From Selaginella moellendorffii (taxonomy: Eukaryota; Plantae; Lycopodiophyta): a stretch of 64,000 nucleotides of DNA. The notes under the pieces are model-generated. The model was not told the origin of the DNA and did no database searches. It saw only the letters and a list, made by a program, of their open reading frames with translations. Where the stretch lies: NCBI RefSeq assembly GCF_000143415.4, contig NW_003314263.1, positions 4,346,466 through 4,410,465 of the forward strand, read 5' to 3'. Below, in pieces: positions 50,358 to 64,000 of the stretch. The translations under genes and the position numbers were made by a program. Numbering within the stretch: position 1 is the first letter of the stretch; the number at the start of each line of letters is the position of its first letter.

Positions 50358-51700
50358 GCTACGTTATAACTTGACAATTGCGGCAGCAGAGTTTAAAGTA
50401 CAAGACCAGACAGCCCAAGAAATATTTTGGAAGTCTCTTTCCGATATTGTTCTAAAGCGGACTGGTAAGCCTGCAATCTTTCGTGGTTTCATGATAGATG
50501 GTGCTGGTGCAAATTGGAATGGTGTCCGAGCAGTTTTTGGGAATGGTTAGCTATTGGAAGGTCATGAGAGGACTTGTGAGTTCCATTGGGCTCAAAGCAT
50601 AAATCAGCACTGCCACCTTATCAAGTCAAAGTTTCAATCAGCATTTAAGGAGTTGTGCAAACAATAGCAAGTTGCACCTTCTAAAGAAAAGCATAAGGCA
50701 AAAGCAAATGAGATTTAAATATGGTGGCATGAAGATGGCCATACTGACGTAAGTTGCCTACCACAGCTTGAGTCATGGTTAGGGTGGTGGGAAGTTATGA
50801 TGTTCTAGTGGGGACATCACTCTTTTCAGGTTGGTTTTTATTTTTTTCTTCTCATTTTATTACCTTTTAATATTACCTTTTCCATTAGGATCAACCACTT
50901 AAGGACCTCGCATACACCCCAACTGTGAATCTCTCCGAAAGTAAGCACTGGAGTTGGCATTCCTCTGAGGTAGGGAAAGGGAAGATGAGTGTATACGAAG
51001 CTTGTCTATCAGATTTGATACAAGCTATAGAGCAATCTTCAAAAGCACTGGCATTCGAGGAAGGAAAATACATGGGAATAGAGCCTTTTGTTGAGATGTT
51101 ATATAATAGGATGAAGAGAAAATTAACTCCACCTGCCCAAACAATGGCAATTGCTATTGAGGAAATGGTCCATGGCACGTCTATGGAGTACACTCCCTAG
51201 ACTTCTATTGGTGATATAGAGACTGTCCACTCAAAGTGTCATTTTTCCTTTGTTTGTGAAGATGTTAGTACGAACATTGGAGCAAAAAGCTCTCACAAGT
51301 CTGATGTCGAGTACACAAGAGGCCAACCAAAAAAGGTAAGGCAGTTAAATTTATTAGTATTGTTTTCAAGAAGAAGCAAGGTAAAATTAACTTGGCTCAA
51401 ACATTTAAGTGTGAGATTCTCTATACAAAGTATATTACTGCGCTTGCAAAGGAGTACATAGTCAAAATAGAAGGTGAAAAGTACACAATGGCCATTCACA
51501 ATTTTCCTTTTTGCACATGTCCAAACTTTACGAAGTGCAAGGAACATGGGAAGGCATATGCTCCTTGCAAACATATGTACTACATCTTCATCAACATCTT
51601 GCACTAGGATCCTAAAATGGATATTCATATACACCAAACAAGCCTTACTATTACTGAGTTGCAGAAAACTTTTGGAGCTAACTAGATTTCTCCAACACTA
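50358..51700 (+). pseudogene. MULE-type transposase with a SWIM zinc finger
   Basis: FRGFMIDGAGANWNGVRAVFG...ERTCEFHWAQS; PTVNLSESKH.SW; SWIM CTCPNF...CKHMYYIF. Stops and short introns present. Confidence 0.78.
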
Positions 51701-54700
51701 TTGATGTTTATTCTCTATCAATAAAACTTATTATACTTTATATAATTAATAAAAGAGTGTTTTTTCATTTCACTTTTCATTTTATATGCTTCCGAGTGTT
51801 CTTTTCGCAATATTGCCCATAATATTTGTGTGTCTCCATTTCTATCTTTACCATCTCAAAAAAGATTCCATGGTAGTCTTTCGGGTGCGTGATGTTGCAG
51901 TGTGTCACAAGAACATATATACCATCATACTGATCATTGCCATTGTTTCCACCAAACGTTAAAAAACATATAGGGCATTTCTTAAAAGTGGCAGAATTAC
52001 ACTTTTCTAAAACAAGTAAGAGGGTATTCTTTTTCACCCAATTTGTTGCACCATTTGTTATTGCATTTATCTCCAACTCATGATCACTATCCTCTCTTTC
52101 ATTCTCTTGTATGGTTTGGTTATGTTGTACAATGGGATAGTTATTGCATCTCCCTAAGAAAAAGATGCATCAAGTCCAAGTCAAAATAAGTGATAGCTCA
52201 CTGTTCTTATATAGTATAATCAAATCTAAAATGCAACTTGCCATCAAGTATAATACTACAAAAGAAATTCATAAATGTCACATTTCTAAAGAAGTGCAAT
52301 AATCACTTTTCTACTCTAACTCCAGACTGTATTCAACTCAATTGCCTTAGCCCTAAAAGTTAACATCCCTTTCAAGCCACATCATACATATTACCTATTA
52401 AAGTCTAGGTGTAGCGCATGTGATCATGGGATGAGATTTGGATATACTATCACTATGGATTCTTGGAACTTTGGGGGATAAATGGGGATAAAATAGCCAC
52501 TAAGGGTTTTCTCATCAAGCAATGGATATCCATATTGTATTAACACGATTCCTCAATCATTTTCAAGATCTGATGTGAAGCCAAAACAATAACAAAAAAT
52601 ATAATAAGGAAAACTCTTTATCACTCAACATAACAATACCACTTTCACTAATATAGTGCTAGCAATGTTAATGCTTTAACTACATATATTCTCCATCTAA
52701 CAATCTACTCCAAGTGCTAATGAATTCACCAACAAGCTATAGCAAATGAATGATACAACTTTTTTAAAACCTTAATGGGCAAACTTTCAAGTAATCATGG
52801 TACCAATACTAGCTTAGTATATGATAAATCACTTTTAAGAATCCAGTCAAAGCTACTATAATACTACTATATGCAAGTAGACTAGTATCATGATCATTGT
52901 TTGACCAAACAACTTTGTAAATACATTGGTCATGATCACATGGATATAATATAAAAATCACAATCATTTAATCGTCAATCAAGCAATACCATGAGTAATG
53001 CCCATTTCACTACTACAAAATTTACGTGAATATCAAATGCCAACTCATTTTGCCAAAATTCAACATAAATGCCATACCTCAGTAATAAAAGTTTACAACA
53101 TCTAAAATCACTAACTTTAATATAAACAAGCTCGTGCCACTCTTTTTTTTACCACACTTAAAACTAATCCAACACAAAACCACTCAAGGAGCAATAATAA
53201 AATTCTTTAAAAAAGAATTAAGCATTGTAACCCAAATCTTCTAATAGCAAGCCTAAACAAAATGGTTTAACACTTCATCACTTAACATTCTATGACTCAC
53301 CACTTGTAAGATTACCATTGAACTCTTGATTACATGATGTGAATATAAATAATAAAATCACACCCTAAACTTGCCACCAAGCATAATATTATAAAAGAAA
53401 GGCACAAAGGTCAACTTTCTAAAAAAGTGTAATGACCATTTTTCATGCTTTTGCTTCTAAGTATATAGCCAAAAGAGTAAAGGGATAAGAGTATTAATTG
53501 ACATTGGAATAATCTTAAAGCATCCAACATCCCAATGTCAAAACCAATACACAAAATAGAGACAAATAAAGTCTGGCATTATTGCCAGCATACTGGTGGC
53601 ATAGCATGTGGTTATGGGTACTCCATGAATTAGCCTGGTATAGAAATTAGGCTTAAACTCAAGCCAAACATAGGAGGAGGATAGAAATGTAACTGAGGAG
53701 CTAAAATAAGTCTTAGGTTGGTTGGTCATACCCAACTTATCCACTCCCCTTATTATACACTTGGAACCCCCTATACCATCATATTAGTTAGTGTATAACT
53801 CAAGTTAAGGAATATTTTGCCCAATGCTTATAATGCTGTTTGCAAGGCAAAAGCATCATCTTGCATGGGAGATATGTTGTGTCTATTGATTGCATATCCA
53901 GCATTAGTGAACCATCCACTAGTGGAGAAATAAATGATTGATGGGAAGACTAAATCTGTGGTTATAATGGATAAGATAAATGCCTACAAGTTCATGTAGT
54001 GAATAATGAGAGACTAGTGCTCAATACACAAGGGTTCTTATCACTAGCCCATGCAAGATATAATGAGATAGAAACTCTTTACCAAGCTAAATATGTTTAG
54101 CAAATAACATATAGAAATTTCATCTTTATACTCGTTCGGTCTAAGTACACTCGAAATGCCTAATTAACTCCATTAGTACAAGAGGGTCTACTAAAAGGTC
54201 CAGCAATACTAATATCCTTCTATCGTGGTAGTAAGAGAAGAATATCATAAAGGACTTATATTTGCAATCACATTAGTAACACTCTCCCCTTGTAAGGGAG
54301 ATCAATATCCTTGTTAATGCATACTATAGTCTAAACTGCCATTAAAAAAAAACCCCAAAAAAAGATTATAGTCTTCATATTTGTGATAAAAGCACCATCT
54401 TAAATGAGTTAGGGGATTAACTCTTTGTTTATCACAGATGCAATACAATTTTAATACCTTTAAGCCATTGCTAACAAGGAAATGACTAATGGAGTTAGCC
54501 ACCCTTACTACTTTGTGTATCACCCAATTTACAAAAGATCATATGCCCCTACTTGCAAATGATATAGAGAGAGAAGCTATAGGCCCCAACCCTCCTAAGG
54601 AAACAAACTAAACATGTCGATAATGTTTAGATAAACTATTGTAAACATGCAATTAAAGTTGTTTACATGATCACACCTTTTTATTAAAAATAGAAACATT

Positions 54701-55652
54701 GAGAGAGAGGTGGGTTATGTGACTAATCTATAGTAGGTATATAAAAACTATAGATTTCATCATGTATATGAAGTGCCGAAGCTAATCTACCTATACTAGC
54801 CCTATACTAGATCAAAAAATGGATAATATCAAAGTTATATACAAAGATGGAGATATCAAATTATTAGTGAAGAAATCATAGATAAAAACACAAAAGTATT
54901 CCAAGTAAGTTATCATCTAATAAGGTAAGATTATAGTATAGGAACCACCAAGATCATTATAGTATAAAGACATAGGATTAACTATCCAATAAAATTCAAT
55001 ACCAAGCATACCATTAAGAAAGCTTAATAACAAAATTGAACTATCAAAGATTTTAGATAGCATTCCAAAAAATTTATAAAATACTACTCAAAGAATACAA
55101 AAATGTATTGATTAAACAAACAAAATACTTGTGAATATATCACCCAAAAGAAATAATGTGCCAATTTATCATAACCAACCATAACAACAATCAGTAAAAT
55201 ATAATCGCAAGGGCCAACAAATATTAGTTTATGTCAACTATTCTACTAGCAAGTTTCAATATATCCCAGTCAACAATATAAAGCAACCTAAATTGCTTAA
55301 GAAAACATTAGCAATATTCTACCAATTACTCAAACCTAAGAGATGAATCCAAAGCAAAAACAAAAAATATATGGTAATACACAAAGCCAAAAGTTATCAA
55401 GATAATAACTAACCATAACAAAAGATCATTGATCATCCCATCAATATTGATGCATATGAATTAGTGAATAAGAATGGCAAATCATCTAAAATAACAATAA
55501 TCAAGTAAGACCTTTAACAAGGATTATCAACTATCTTAAATAAAAATTAATCATTATCAATGATCACCAAATGTAAACACCAATTTAAACTTTAAAACTA
55601 ATAAGCCAAAATGTTATTCTTTAAGACAAAGACTTTGTTGAGGGGGAAGAAT

Positions 55653-55885
55653 TGTTATGTGCTAACTTTGACCATGTAGTCAATGTTGGTGAAAAGGAGG
55701 CTCAAAGGTATATTAAAGCATGTTAGAGTAAGGAACTTAACCTACCCTATAACTCATAAGGGAGCAACAGTGTAGTGGAGATTTTTAGGTAACTCGGGGG
55801 TGGTTGAGTGGTGAAGAACCTCAAGAGGAGGCATAGTTTAGTCTAGGGAGACTAGATCTCTATCTTTTTATGACGGATCATAACA
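55653..55885 (+). repeat. LTR with upstream PPT, of the 21701-23587 family
   Basis: Colinear with 32922-33155. Confidence 0.85.
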
Positions 55886-57189
55886 AAACTAGTTTAGCCT
55901 ACAAAAACACAATATAAACTGAGTTTACAAAAAATAAAGTCTTATATGTTGATTTTGTGAGATGCCATGTTGAGGTTCATAGTGTGCTCCAAGTCACTGA
56001 TTTGACAAGTGTGATTAGAACACTAATGTGTTGTTCTTCATCATCTTGGAACTTCTCTTAAATGCACTTCTAAAATGCCAAACACCTATAGTTTCCATCA
56101 ATTACATATAACATTTTTCCAATGAACCCTATTATCTCCACATGTTATTCTAAGAATCCCTCAAATTCATAAGACTTTTACAGCTATATAAGATCCCATT
56201 TTTGTTCAAGTTCAGTTTTCATTGGCTCTATTCAACTAGTTTCAGGGAAAGTTGGTGAAATGATGAAGGTACCAACCATACTCTTGAACTTGACTTTTGC
56301 AAGTAGATAGCCATGTTGAAGTCATCAGCTATACACACCTAATGGCTTTAAACCAACTGGCACAAAGGAACCAAAAAATGTTGAGGGCTATTTCACACAA
56401 TTTCTTGTAACACTTTACTGACCATCTATTCTTGAGCTTGGACAATTGTGTCTTGAACATAATCATTTAAGATGGTGTTAGAATCATGCATGTATAACCC
56501 CTCACCACCACTAGCTCCCCATGCACCACTAGCCTTAAAAGCTGTATAAGCAGCTACCATACTACCAATAGTCTTTGCAGTAGGTGCAGCTACCACACCA
56601 CCAATGACCTCTATAATAGGCATATCTAACTTGACAAAAGCAGCCTTAGTAGCTAGAGGCATAGCTCCCTCACCACCACCAACATCAGGCCCAAGTACAT
56701 TGCGACAAGCAACTGCAGCCTTAGTAGCACTAGTTTGAACAAGCATAACTTTCCCACCACCATCAGCATCAACAATGATCTTGCCCAATAAACACATCCT
56801 CAATAATAGTAGTATTAAGACTTGTTTCAACTTCCATGTCAACATCCATTTCATCATTATATTCTTCATTGCATCCCTCAGCACTACTAATAGCAACTTC
56901 ATTGGATACTTAGGATGAATCTCTAGTTAATTAGCCAAGCCTATAACAATCAAGGTAGCTGCTTTTTTCTTGAGATTGGTACCATTGAGGCTTGCTTTAA
57001 TGCTTCCTCCAAAATAAAAAACAAAATACTAATATCTAATATGCAAAGTAAAGAAAATTTATGGCATTATAAGTTCAAGTCCCCTCTTGGTTAGTCAAGC
57101 TTAATTTATATGTGCTCTTACAAGAAAAGTTTATAAGTAAAAGAAAATGAAAAATAGATTGTAAACTAGGAGAAATGCAAAAGAAAAAC

Positions 57190-57740
57190 ACAAGTCACTA
57201 GGAGAGGTCAGGTCGTGTGAGAATTGATCTCATCCTACATCTCTAAATTCAGAAAAGAAAAATTCTTGAGGCTGAAAAGGCCTCAAGACATAAAAAAGAA
57301 CACAACAACAATATAGGAGAGGTTGTTTCACACAAGAACCAAGCTCACCCTTCCCACTTTAAAATTTAGGAAAAGAAATTCTTGAGGCCAAAAAGGCCTT
57401 AAGAAAGGAAAAAAGAATATATGACAAGAACGTAAGAGAGGTTGGTTCACGCAAGAATCAACCTCATCTCCCCCTCTAAATTTTTGGGAAATAGAATTCT
57501 TGAGGTGAATTAAGCCTCAAGAAACAAAAATGAATAAAATAAAAATATGAGAGATTTCAATTTATGCAATAACTGACCTTACCCTCCCCATCTTAAATTC
57601 AAGAAAAAATAAGTCTTAAGGCAAATAAGGCACAATAAAATTATAGGAGAGGTTGGTTCGTGCTAAAATCGACTTCCCCCTCCCCCTTTGAAATATAGAG
57701 GAAAAGAATTTATAAAGTTCTCAAGGTAAATAAAACCTGA
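57190..57740 (+). repeat. ~120-bp tandem repeat with internal hairpins
   Basis: Four to five units containing GAGAGGTTGGTTC..GAA(T/C)CAACCT and TTCTTGAGGC..GCCTCAAGAA; degenerate echoes at ~57930 and ~58585. Confidence 0.7.
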
Positions 57741-58908
57741 AGATGTTCATTCTCATAAGAATTGCCCTCAGCAACAAGAAAAAAAATCAAGAAAGCTTGC
57801 CTCTAGGAAAAACAAAGGTGGGGAAACATTAAGTCATGCACAAACAGATCTTTCTCACCCTTTCAACAAGGAAGGAAAAAAAAAACAAGGTAGAGATGAG
57901 CAAAAAGATGAAAGAGAAAAGAAAATAGAATGTCAAGACATGTTGGTTCGCATGAAAAGTGACATCTCCATCCCTCTCATTGTTCAAAAGAAAAACAAAT
58001 CAAGAAAAAAAAGCCTTTAATGGAAGAAAGAAGATGAGTAGATATCAATTCATATGAAAACCAACCTTTCCCAACCCAATTTCTCATCCCACAAAAGAAT
58101 CTCACTCTCTAAGAAGCTCAAAATGATGGGGAGAAAAAATTATCAAGCCACTTACCTACTAAAGCATTAATGCTGTGGAATGCTAAAATCTCATCAATTT
58201 GCCCCTTATTAGTTGCCCAAAACCCCAATGAGCACACTACAACTCATAAGATTGATTAGCAACTCTCTTTTAGACCCATTTCTCTCAGCTTTCAATAGCA
58301 GAACCTCAACTAAATTCCTCTCTCACAGCAACACCTCAGCTAGATCTATCTCTTTTGCCCATACCCAAAAAAGTCAACACCAGAAAAGCAAACCCTACAA
58401 TGACAAACTATATAAAGCTTTGAAAATCAATAGTCAAGATTTGTTGAGGAGGGACAGTATTATTTTCTCACAATCAATTATAAAATTATTTTTAATATTT
58501 TCATATATCTCTATATTCTAAACTAATCTCTTGGCTCCCTTCCACAAGAAAGAAAATAAGGAGATGGTCCTATAAAGAAAGAATGTCAAGAAATGTTGAT
58601 TCGTGTAAGAATTGATATCTCCATCACTCTAAATGTTCTATAAAAAACAAAAATAAATAAAATCTTGCGATTGATTGGTGCCTCTCTTTTATAACCCCAT
58701 TCATCTTAGCAATATTATTCCTCTCACAATTAATTACACAATTAATATGGGTGGCTCTTTAAGATTTTCAAATATCTCTAGATTTTAAATTTTTGTATAT
58801 TTTGTTAGAATAATTAACTTATCCTTTACAAGGACATAGCTAATTACCTTTGTTCTTTTTTGTTTGTTTCTTCTTAAATTTTTTTGAAGTGCTCAAACAG
58901 AGAGAAGA

Positions 58909-59410
58909 TGTAGCATATGTAATCATGGGATGAGATTTGGATATATTATCACCATGGATCCTTAGAACTTTGAGGGATAAATAGGGATAAAATAACCATT
59001 AAAAGCTTTATTATTAAACAATTATTCTTTTTCCAATTGGCTTAAGGGGAAAGAGATCTAATGCACTATATGTAGGATCAGAGCAAATGGCATAGGTGCG
59101 ATTCTCATTGATTAGTAGCTACTTTAAAATATAATATACCCTTAAATATATATTACCACCCCTAAATTTAAATCTTACATATTAAGTATTTATGCACATA
59201 TCCTTCCTCTTGTCATACATCCATAAATAAAGGTATTTATTGTGGAACTGCAATATGGATGGATGATTAGTTGTCTCACATGGAATAATTGGTCTATAGA
59301 ATGGAAGGATTGGTAGATTCAATGTGGAAATGAAAGTGTTAATTCTCTTTGGCTCAGTACAGATTGTGAGTCAATAATCAATGAGAACATTAATATCTCT
59401 AAAGGGGGGT
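58909..59410 (+). repeat. Dispersed repeat; related copies at ~23710-24330 and ~52410-52530
   Basis: Shared start TGTA(A/G)C..ATGT.ATCATGGGATGA.ATTT and GGGATAAAT.GGGATAAAATA block. Confidence 0.7.
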
Positions 59411-61649
59411 GATGTAGTGGGGAATGGTCCAAAGATGAGTTGAGTTCATGAGTTGAGCTCAATTCAACACAAGTCAACTCAAGTCAACACAATCAACTAG
59501 ATGGAGTTGGGCCAATCAATATTTGAGTTAAAAGTTTCTATAAGATTGAATTATTTAAAAAAGACAAAGTTCATAAGACCTTAACTTTTGCAAAGCTATA
59601 TTATTTTATTATGACTACTGTTACAACTATCATATTTTTATTTGACTACTTAATATTTTGAATACTTTTACTATTGTAGATACTATTCCTTCATTTAAAA
59701 GATTTTTTAGGGTTCTTGAGAAGATGGAAGCAAGGAAAATATAAGATCTGTGAGTAAGAGTTGTAGTGCAAAGGAATGTAAGAATGTTAATTTTGTTTCA
59801 CTACCACAATCTTGATATTACACTTCTAATCCTTATTACTCATCTAGGATTGTGGAGACCACTATCATGATTGATGAAAATGCTTTTGCTACTTCTGAAA
59901 CAATAGTCCAGAGTAAAAGAATTGAAGAAATGAATAACACGCAGAAAGCACCAATAAATTTACTCCATAAAACTTTTTATGACATTTGTAATTTACATAT
60001 CAATTCACATTAGAAACTTGGTTGCTTGCTTATATCACAATTCTCTTATATGATAAGACCAAGGTATATTTTTGTAGTGAATCCTCATTAAAAGTTTTTG
60101 GGAGTTGTTTGTGAATAATAATAAAAGAAATTGAAATCTTTCAAAAGACTCAAAAGTAATATGACATCAAAGAATCAACTTTATCTACATTTCCAAGACT
60201 GAAAGGCAATCTCACACAAGAGAATGGCAACATGCCAACGTGCTCTACCACTATAATGTAGTCTATAATTTTCCTTGCAGTCTATTCCCTAGATATTTGG
60301 AATGTGTAGAAAAGAATATATGCATAGCAAAGTAGGATTTCGTCATAATGATAGAGCATGTGTATACACGATAATCTAAAATTTTAGAAGCTCTTATATT
60401 TACAAGCAACCTATGATTATGAGGCCCTATTTCCAAGTCTAACATTTAAAGAATCTAAGTATTGTCAATGTCATAATAAATAAACCTCATTCACAAGACT
60501 AAAACTTAGTATATAAACTATCTAGAAAAGTTATAATCATTGTAGTTTTTTTGTTCTCCTTGAGCTCTTTGGAAGTTTGTATTGAAATGGCTTAAAAGAA
60601 AATCATTGCTACTCATACTTGGCCCTTAACATTTCATATCAATCTCCACCTTCATCCCCAAGTTCTACCAACATTCCATCTTCACCTCCACATAACAATC
60701 TTTTTTTTGCTAAAGGCTCTAATGAAGTTGAACTAAAGCTCCCTATATATGAAATTTTGGATCTTGCTACTAGAGAGGGATTACTTCTAGTGTTTTAAGA
60801 GCAATGCCACATATTTTTGCAAGATCTTACTCTTGACATAGTAGGACTACTTGAAAGCACAGAATGCTATTACATTTGGTGTCTAATATGCTACTTTATC
60901 TTGGACAAGACAAATGGCTCTATAGGTTTGAAACTTTTCTTAAGCATTATAACAATTGCCCAATGGCAGATTTGGAAAATGTGCATATGTAGATGTACAA
61001 TAGATTTAAGAATGAGTTACAGACACATACCCACTATTACTTCATGGTGAGGAACAACATCCCCTTGGGAAACATTGCATCGACTAGTGCAAAATATGAG
61101 GTTTTAGGCCACCCTATAGTAGGGAAAGCAACCCTCATGGATCTTCATAAGATCTAGAATCACTTTACTATACTATAGTATTGTCACTTTTAAAAGAAAA
61201 AATATAATAAAATGATATTAGTTGTAGGCAACATACTTTGTTTTAGAAGGTGCTATCATATCACATACAATTGTTTACAAAATGTTGAAGGACGAGATGG
61301 CAACACATAAGCGTTACAAAGTGATGGTGATAGATGAGAATGATAATTTGCAATTATGATATCTGACACTATCACTGACATCTGACACTTTCACAAACAT
61401 CTGACATATAACAAGTTTTTCATTTTATGTAAGGATGTAATTAACTTTCTATTGCCTCATCATCAACATATTGATTTCTTTTATGCTTCCCCCTATATTG
61501 GTATTATGGGGAAGATTCACTTTGCATATGTTGAGCCATGGCTTCTGCATAGTCGGAGAGACTTCCAAAGCTTCCAATTCTAGAAAGTTTAGGTGACTAT
61601 AATCAATAAAATAGAACTAAATATATATTGAAATTTTAATAACTATAAT

Positions 61650-62464
61650 TTACCTCCTTGAGGTTGGAGGCAATTCACGAAATCCTCTGAGCCAGCGTTT
61701 GAAAAAATGATGTTCTTCAATAGCAAACACTAACCTACCAAAGTCATGTGCTGCCTCTACCATAAAATTGCTACTTGCTGTGCAATCATTCATAACACTA
61801 CCTGGGGGGCAATAGAGTTTAAGCAAGACTTGCATCGCCGATGGAGTTCGAAATCAATACTCTAGAAACGTGTTGTAGATCTACTTATGCATGATGTTAG
61901 TGGAACTATCATACCTAGGCAAAACACATGTTGCACGTTCACTATCATGAAACCCATCATATATGTTTCTATAAAAGGCATAATTGGTCCACATCATAAC
62001 CTGGAAAATAAAAAAGTTTGGAAATTAAATAAAAATATAAAATACATACCCACCTTTTCAGGCTTCCTTTGGACACCCCTAGTATTGATGCCAATAGGAT
62101 CCATAATGCATCCGGAAGAGAATAACTTAAAATGAACTTTTACTGCACATGTCATAAGGTTATCTATCTAGTTGGGGTCATTTGGTAGGATGAAGACGAC
62201 ATGGCCAACTTTGAGCATAAGTGCTTCGGACAAGAAAAATGCATCGCACATGTGATTAGGTGTGAGAAAGTTCCAATCCTCAACTTTCCTATCATTATCT
62301 GAAAAACCATTTGGAAAGTCAAAGAGAATGAAGTCTGCAACCAGGAGTAAAGGCCTTTGTATCTTTTGGCACCAATAGTTGAACTGGTGCCATATATCCA
62401 TATTGATGTTGTCTTCTATGAAAGATGTCAATGATCTACTATAAGAGCCAATGAAGACACCCAT
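61650..62464 (-). pseudogene. Beta-class amino DNA methyltransferase-like pseudogene with short introns
   Basis: Motif IV-like ADFILFDFPNG followed by ...GHVVFI, an intron (~62072-62001), then RTPSAMQVLLKLYCPPGSVMNDCTAS...FGRLVFAIE (motifs X/I). Several stops. Confidence 0.65.
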
Positions 62465-63404
62465 AATGCCTTGTTGTGTTATTAGGGAAATAAGATAGAC
62501 CTATAGAAGAGTTAAGTGAATGAAAAAAATAATGAATAATATGCTATTGTCATATGGCATATTGTTGATGAGATTTCCTCCAACTCCTCTTCACGAGCAT
62601 CTCGTCAAGCTGGAATGAAATTATTACCAACAGTGATTGCTACAAAAACCATGTATTACCACCTTTAGTTTGTAAAATTCAGTTTTGCTTACCTCGAGGT
62701 CGACGTGATATTCTGTGAACCACTTGATCATCGTTATTTACTGATAGAACCTGATCTAAATCTTAGTTGTTTGAAGGTTGAATTGGAGCCTAATCCTAGT
62801 TGTATGGTGGTGGAACGTGAACTTGATCTGGAGCTTCTTCCTCCTCGTCTCCATCGTCACTTGCCTTGCCATCATTGCTAGCATTAATAACTTCCTCCTA
62901 ATCTAATATAGATGTTTCCTTTCCTAGGAGCTCCAACTCCCAAAGATATACCTTGCACAATATAGCAAGCATAAAATTGATTGCATTATTGAACCAAGTT
63001 GTACTATCATTTTAAGTGTGTGAGTGCCGAACAAATGTTGCGAAATCATCACCATAATGTTGGTAGATGTCATCATCACTCAAGTCTACCAAAAATTGAA
63101 GTTACTTGATGTCATGGACAACATTTTGCCTTTGAACAAAAACCCTAAACCCTAAAACCCTAAACCTAGGAGGTAGACAGCACCGAGCATTCATGCTCAT
63201 AGAGTGTAGTAAGTGGCCTCAAGTTTTGTGGTAGAGGCACCTGGGAGGTGGACAGCCCAAGAAAAATGTCAGGTGTTCATGCTCATGGTTTCGCTGGTTT
63301 CACAAGTTTCTCTGAGAGTGCGCTCTCAATGTTGTATTAGCCCCTAATGGGCAATGGAGAAATGTACCTATATGTTGCATCGAACCTGCATATAGGTGCG
63401 ACAC

Positions 63405-64000
63405 TCACCCGGGAAAGGCTTGGCCGAGACGTAAACTCGTAGAGGGGGACTTTGTAGTACTACAGTGCGGGACGCAAGTCGGAGGGACTAAGGGAAAACT
63501 GGGGCACTGGTCGTGAGCGTTCACGGCCCCCACTCCGGAGTGGAGTAATAGTGCGACTGAGGTATGGTGGGTTATCTCCCCCGGTGAGAACACCGGACGA
63601 CCATTCCAGGCACTTGACAACGGGTCGTTGATGGAGAGGGGAGACACACAACAGATGCCAGACGTCAGCGATGGGGAGGTCATGGGGAGAATTCGCATCC
63701 TCCACCAAACGCCCAAGAAGGTGGAAGTTGCGGAGCTAGGCCGGAGCAGTAGTGAAACAGGGACCTTTATTTGGTGGAGGAATCAGCTCATTGAGGAGCT
63801 AGAATGGGATCCTGCAGGGTGGAGACGTGGGACACAAGAACTTTTTGCATATGAGTTGAAGGAAGCTCGTGACAATCTCATGGTCAACCGGGAATTCCAG
63901 CGCGAGGAGATGCCAAAGTTGTGGAAGAAATGGGTCAAGCTAGGGGTAGACGCGGGGGAAGTTGTGAACAACACCCATGATTTCTGAAGCTCCTGGTCCA
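63405..64000 (+). mobile_element. LINE ORF2 3' fragment (relative of 47490-48050), running off the window
   Basis: GRIRIL...LIEELEWDP..WR.G....F.YE.K.AR..LM.NRE parallels the L1 copy at 47740-47960. Confidence 0.75.

Noticed and set aside
56426-56902. 158-aa Ala/Gly-rich ORF
   Set aside because: Low complexity, non-ATG start, surrounded by stop-ridden sequence; no family recognised.
1-64000. Prokaryotic defence island or contamination suggested by the ParB and MTase motifs
   Set aside because: These genes carry GT-AG introns and are interleaved with plant retrotransposons.

Overview
Eukaryotic, transposon-dense plant DNA. Evidence: TTTAGGG-type motifs, a Cassandra TRIM, Ty3/gypsy, L1, CACTA and MULE remnants, and 38-57 nt introns. 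A seed-free land plant is my best guess, but the host cannot be proven from the sequence. The main structure is a ~16.3 kb TIR-bounded DNA transposon (3673-19959; ~12 kb without a nested LTR element) with a Sola1/DUF7869-type transposase on the + strand. A divergent multi-exon cargo gene on the - strand reconstructs by hand to ~1,650 aa: a ParB/Srx-like domain, a degenerate amino-methyltransferase-like fold, an acidic linker and an FCP1-like HAD phosphatase. About 20 copies of one 22-24 bp palindrome (AATGGCRTGWGGCCWCAYGCCATT) are dispersed through this element, often in its introns, and I saw none elsewhere in the window. Also present: a pol-less gag-only LTR element with extra ORFs that interrupts the cargo gene, nested gypsy elements inside a decayed CACTA, a decayed L1 holding a three-LTR Cassandra, a MULE-SWIM transposase pseudogene, two copies of a beta-class N4C/N6A DNA-methyltransferase-like pseudogene, and one short intact secreted YvgO-like gene. 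All family assignments rest on motif recognition by eye; no searches were run.
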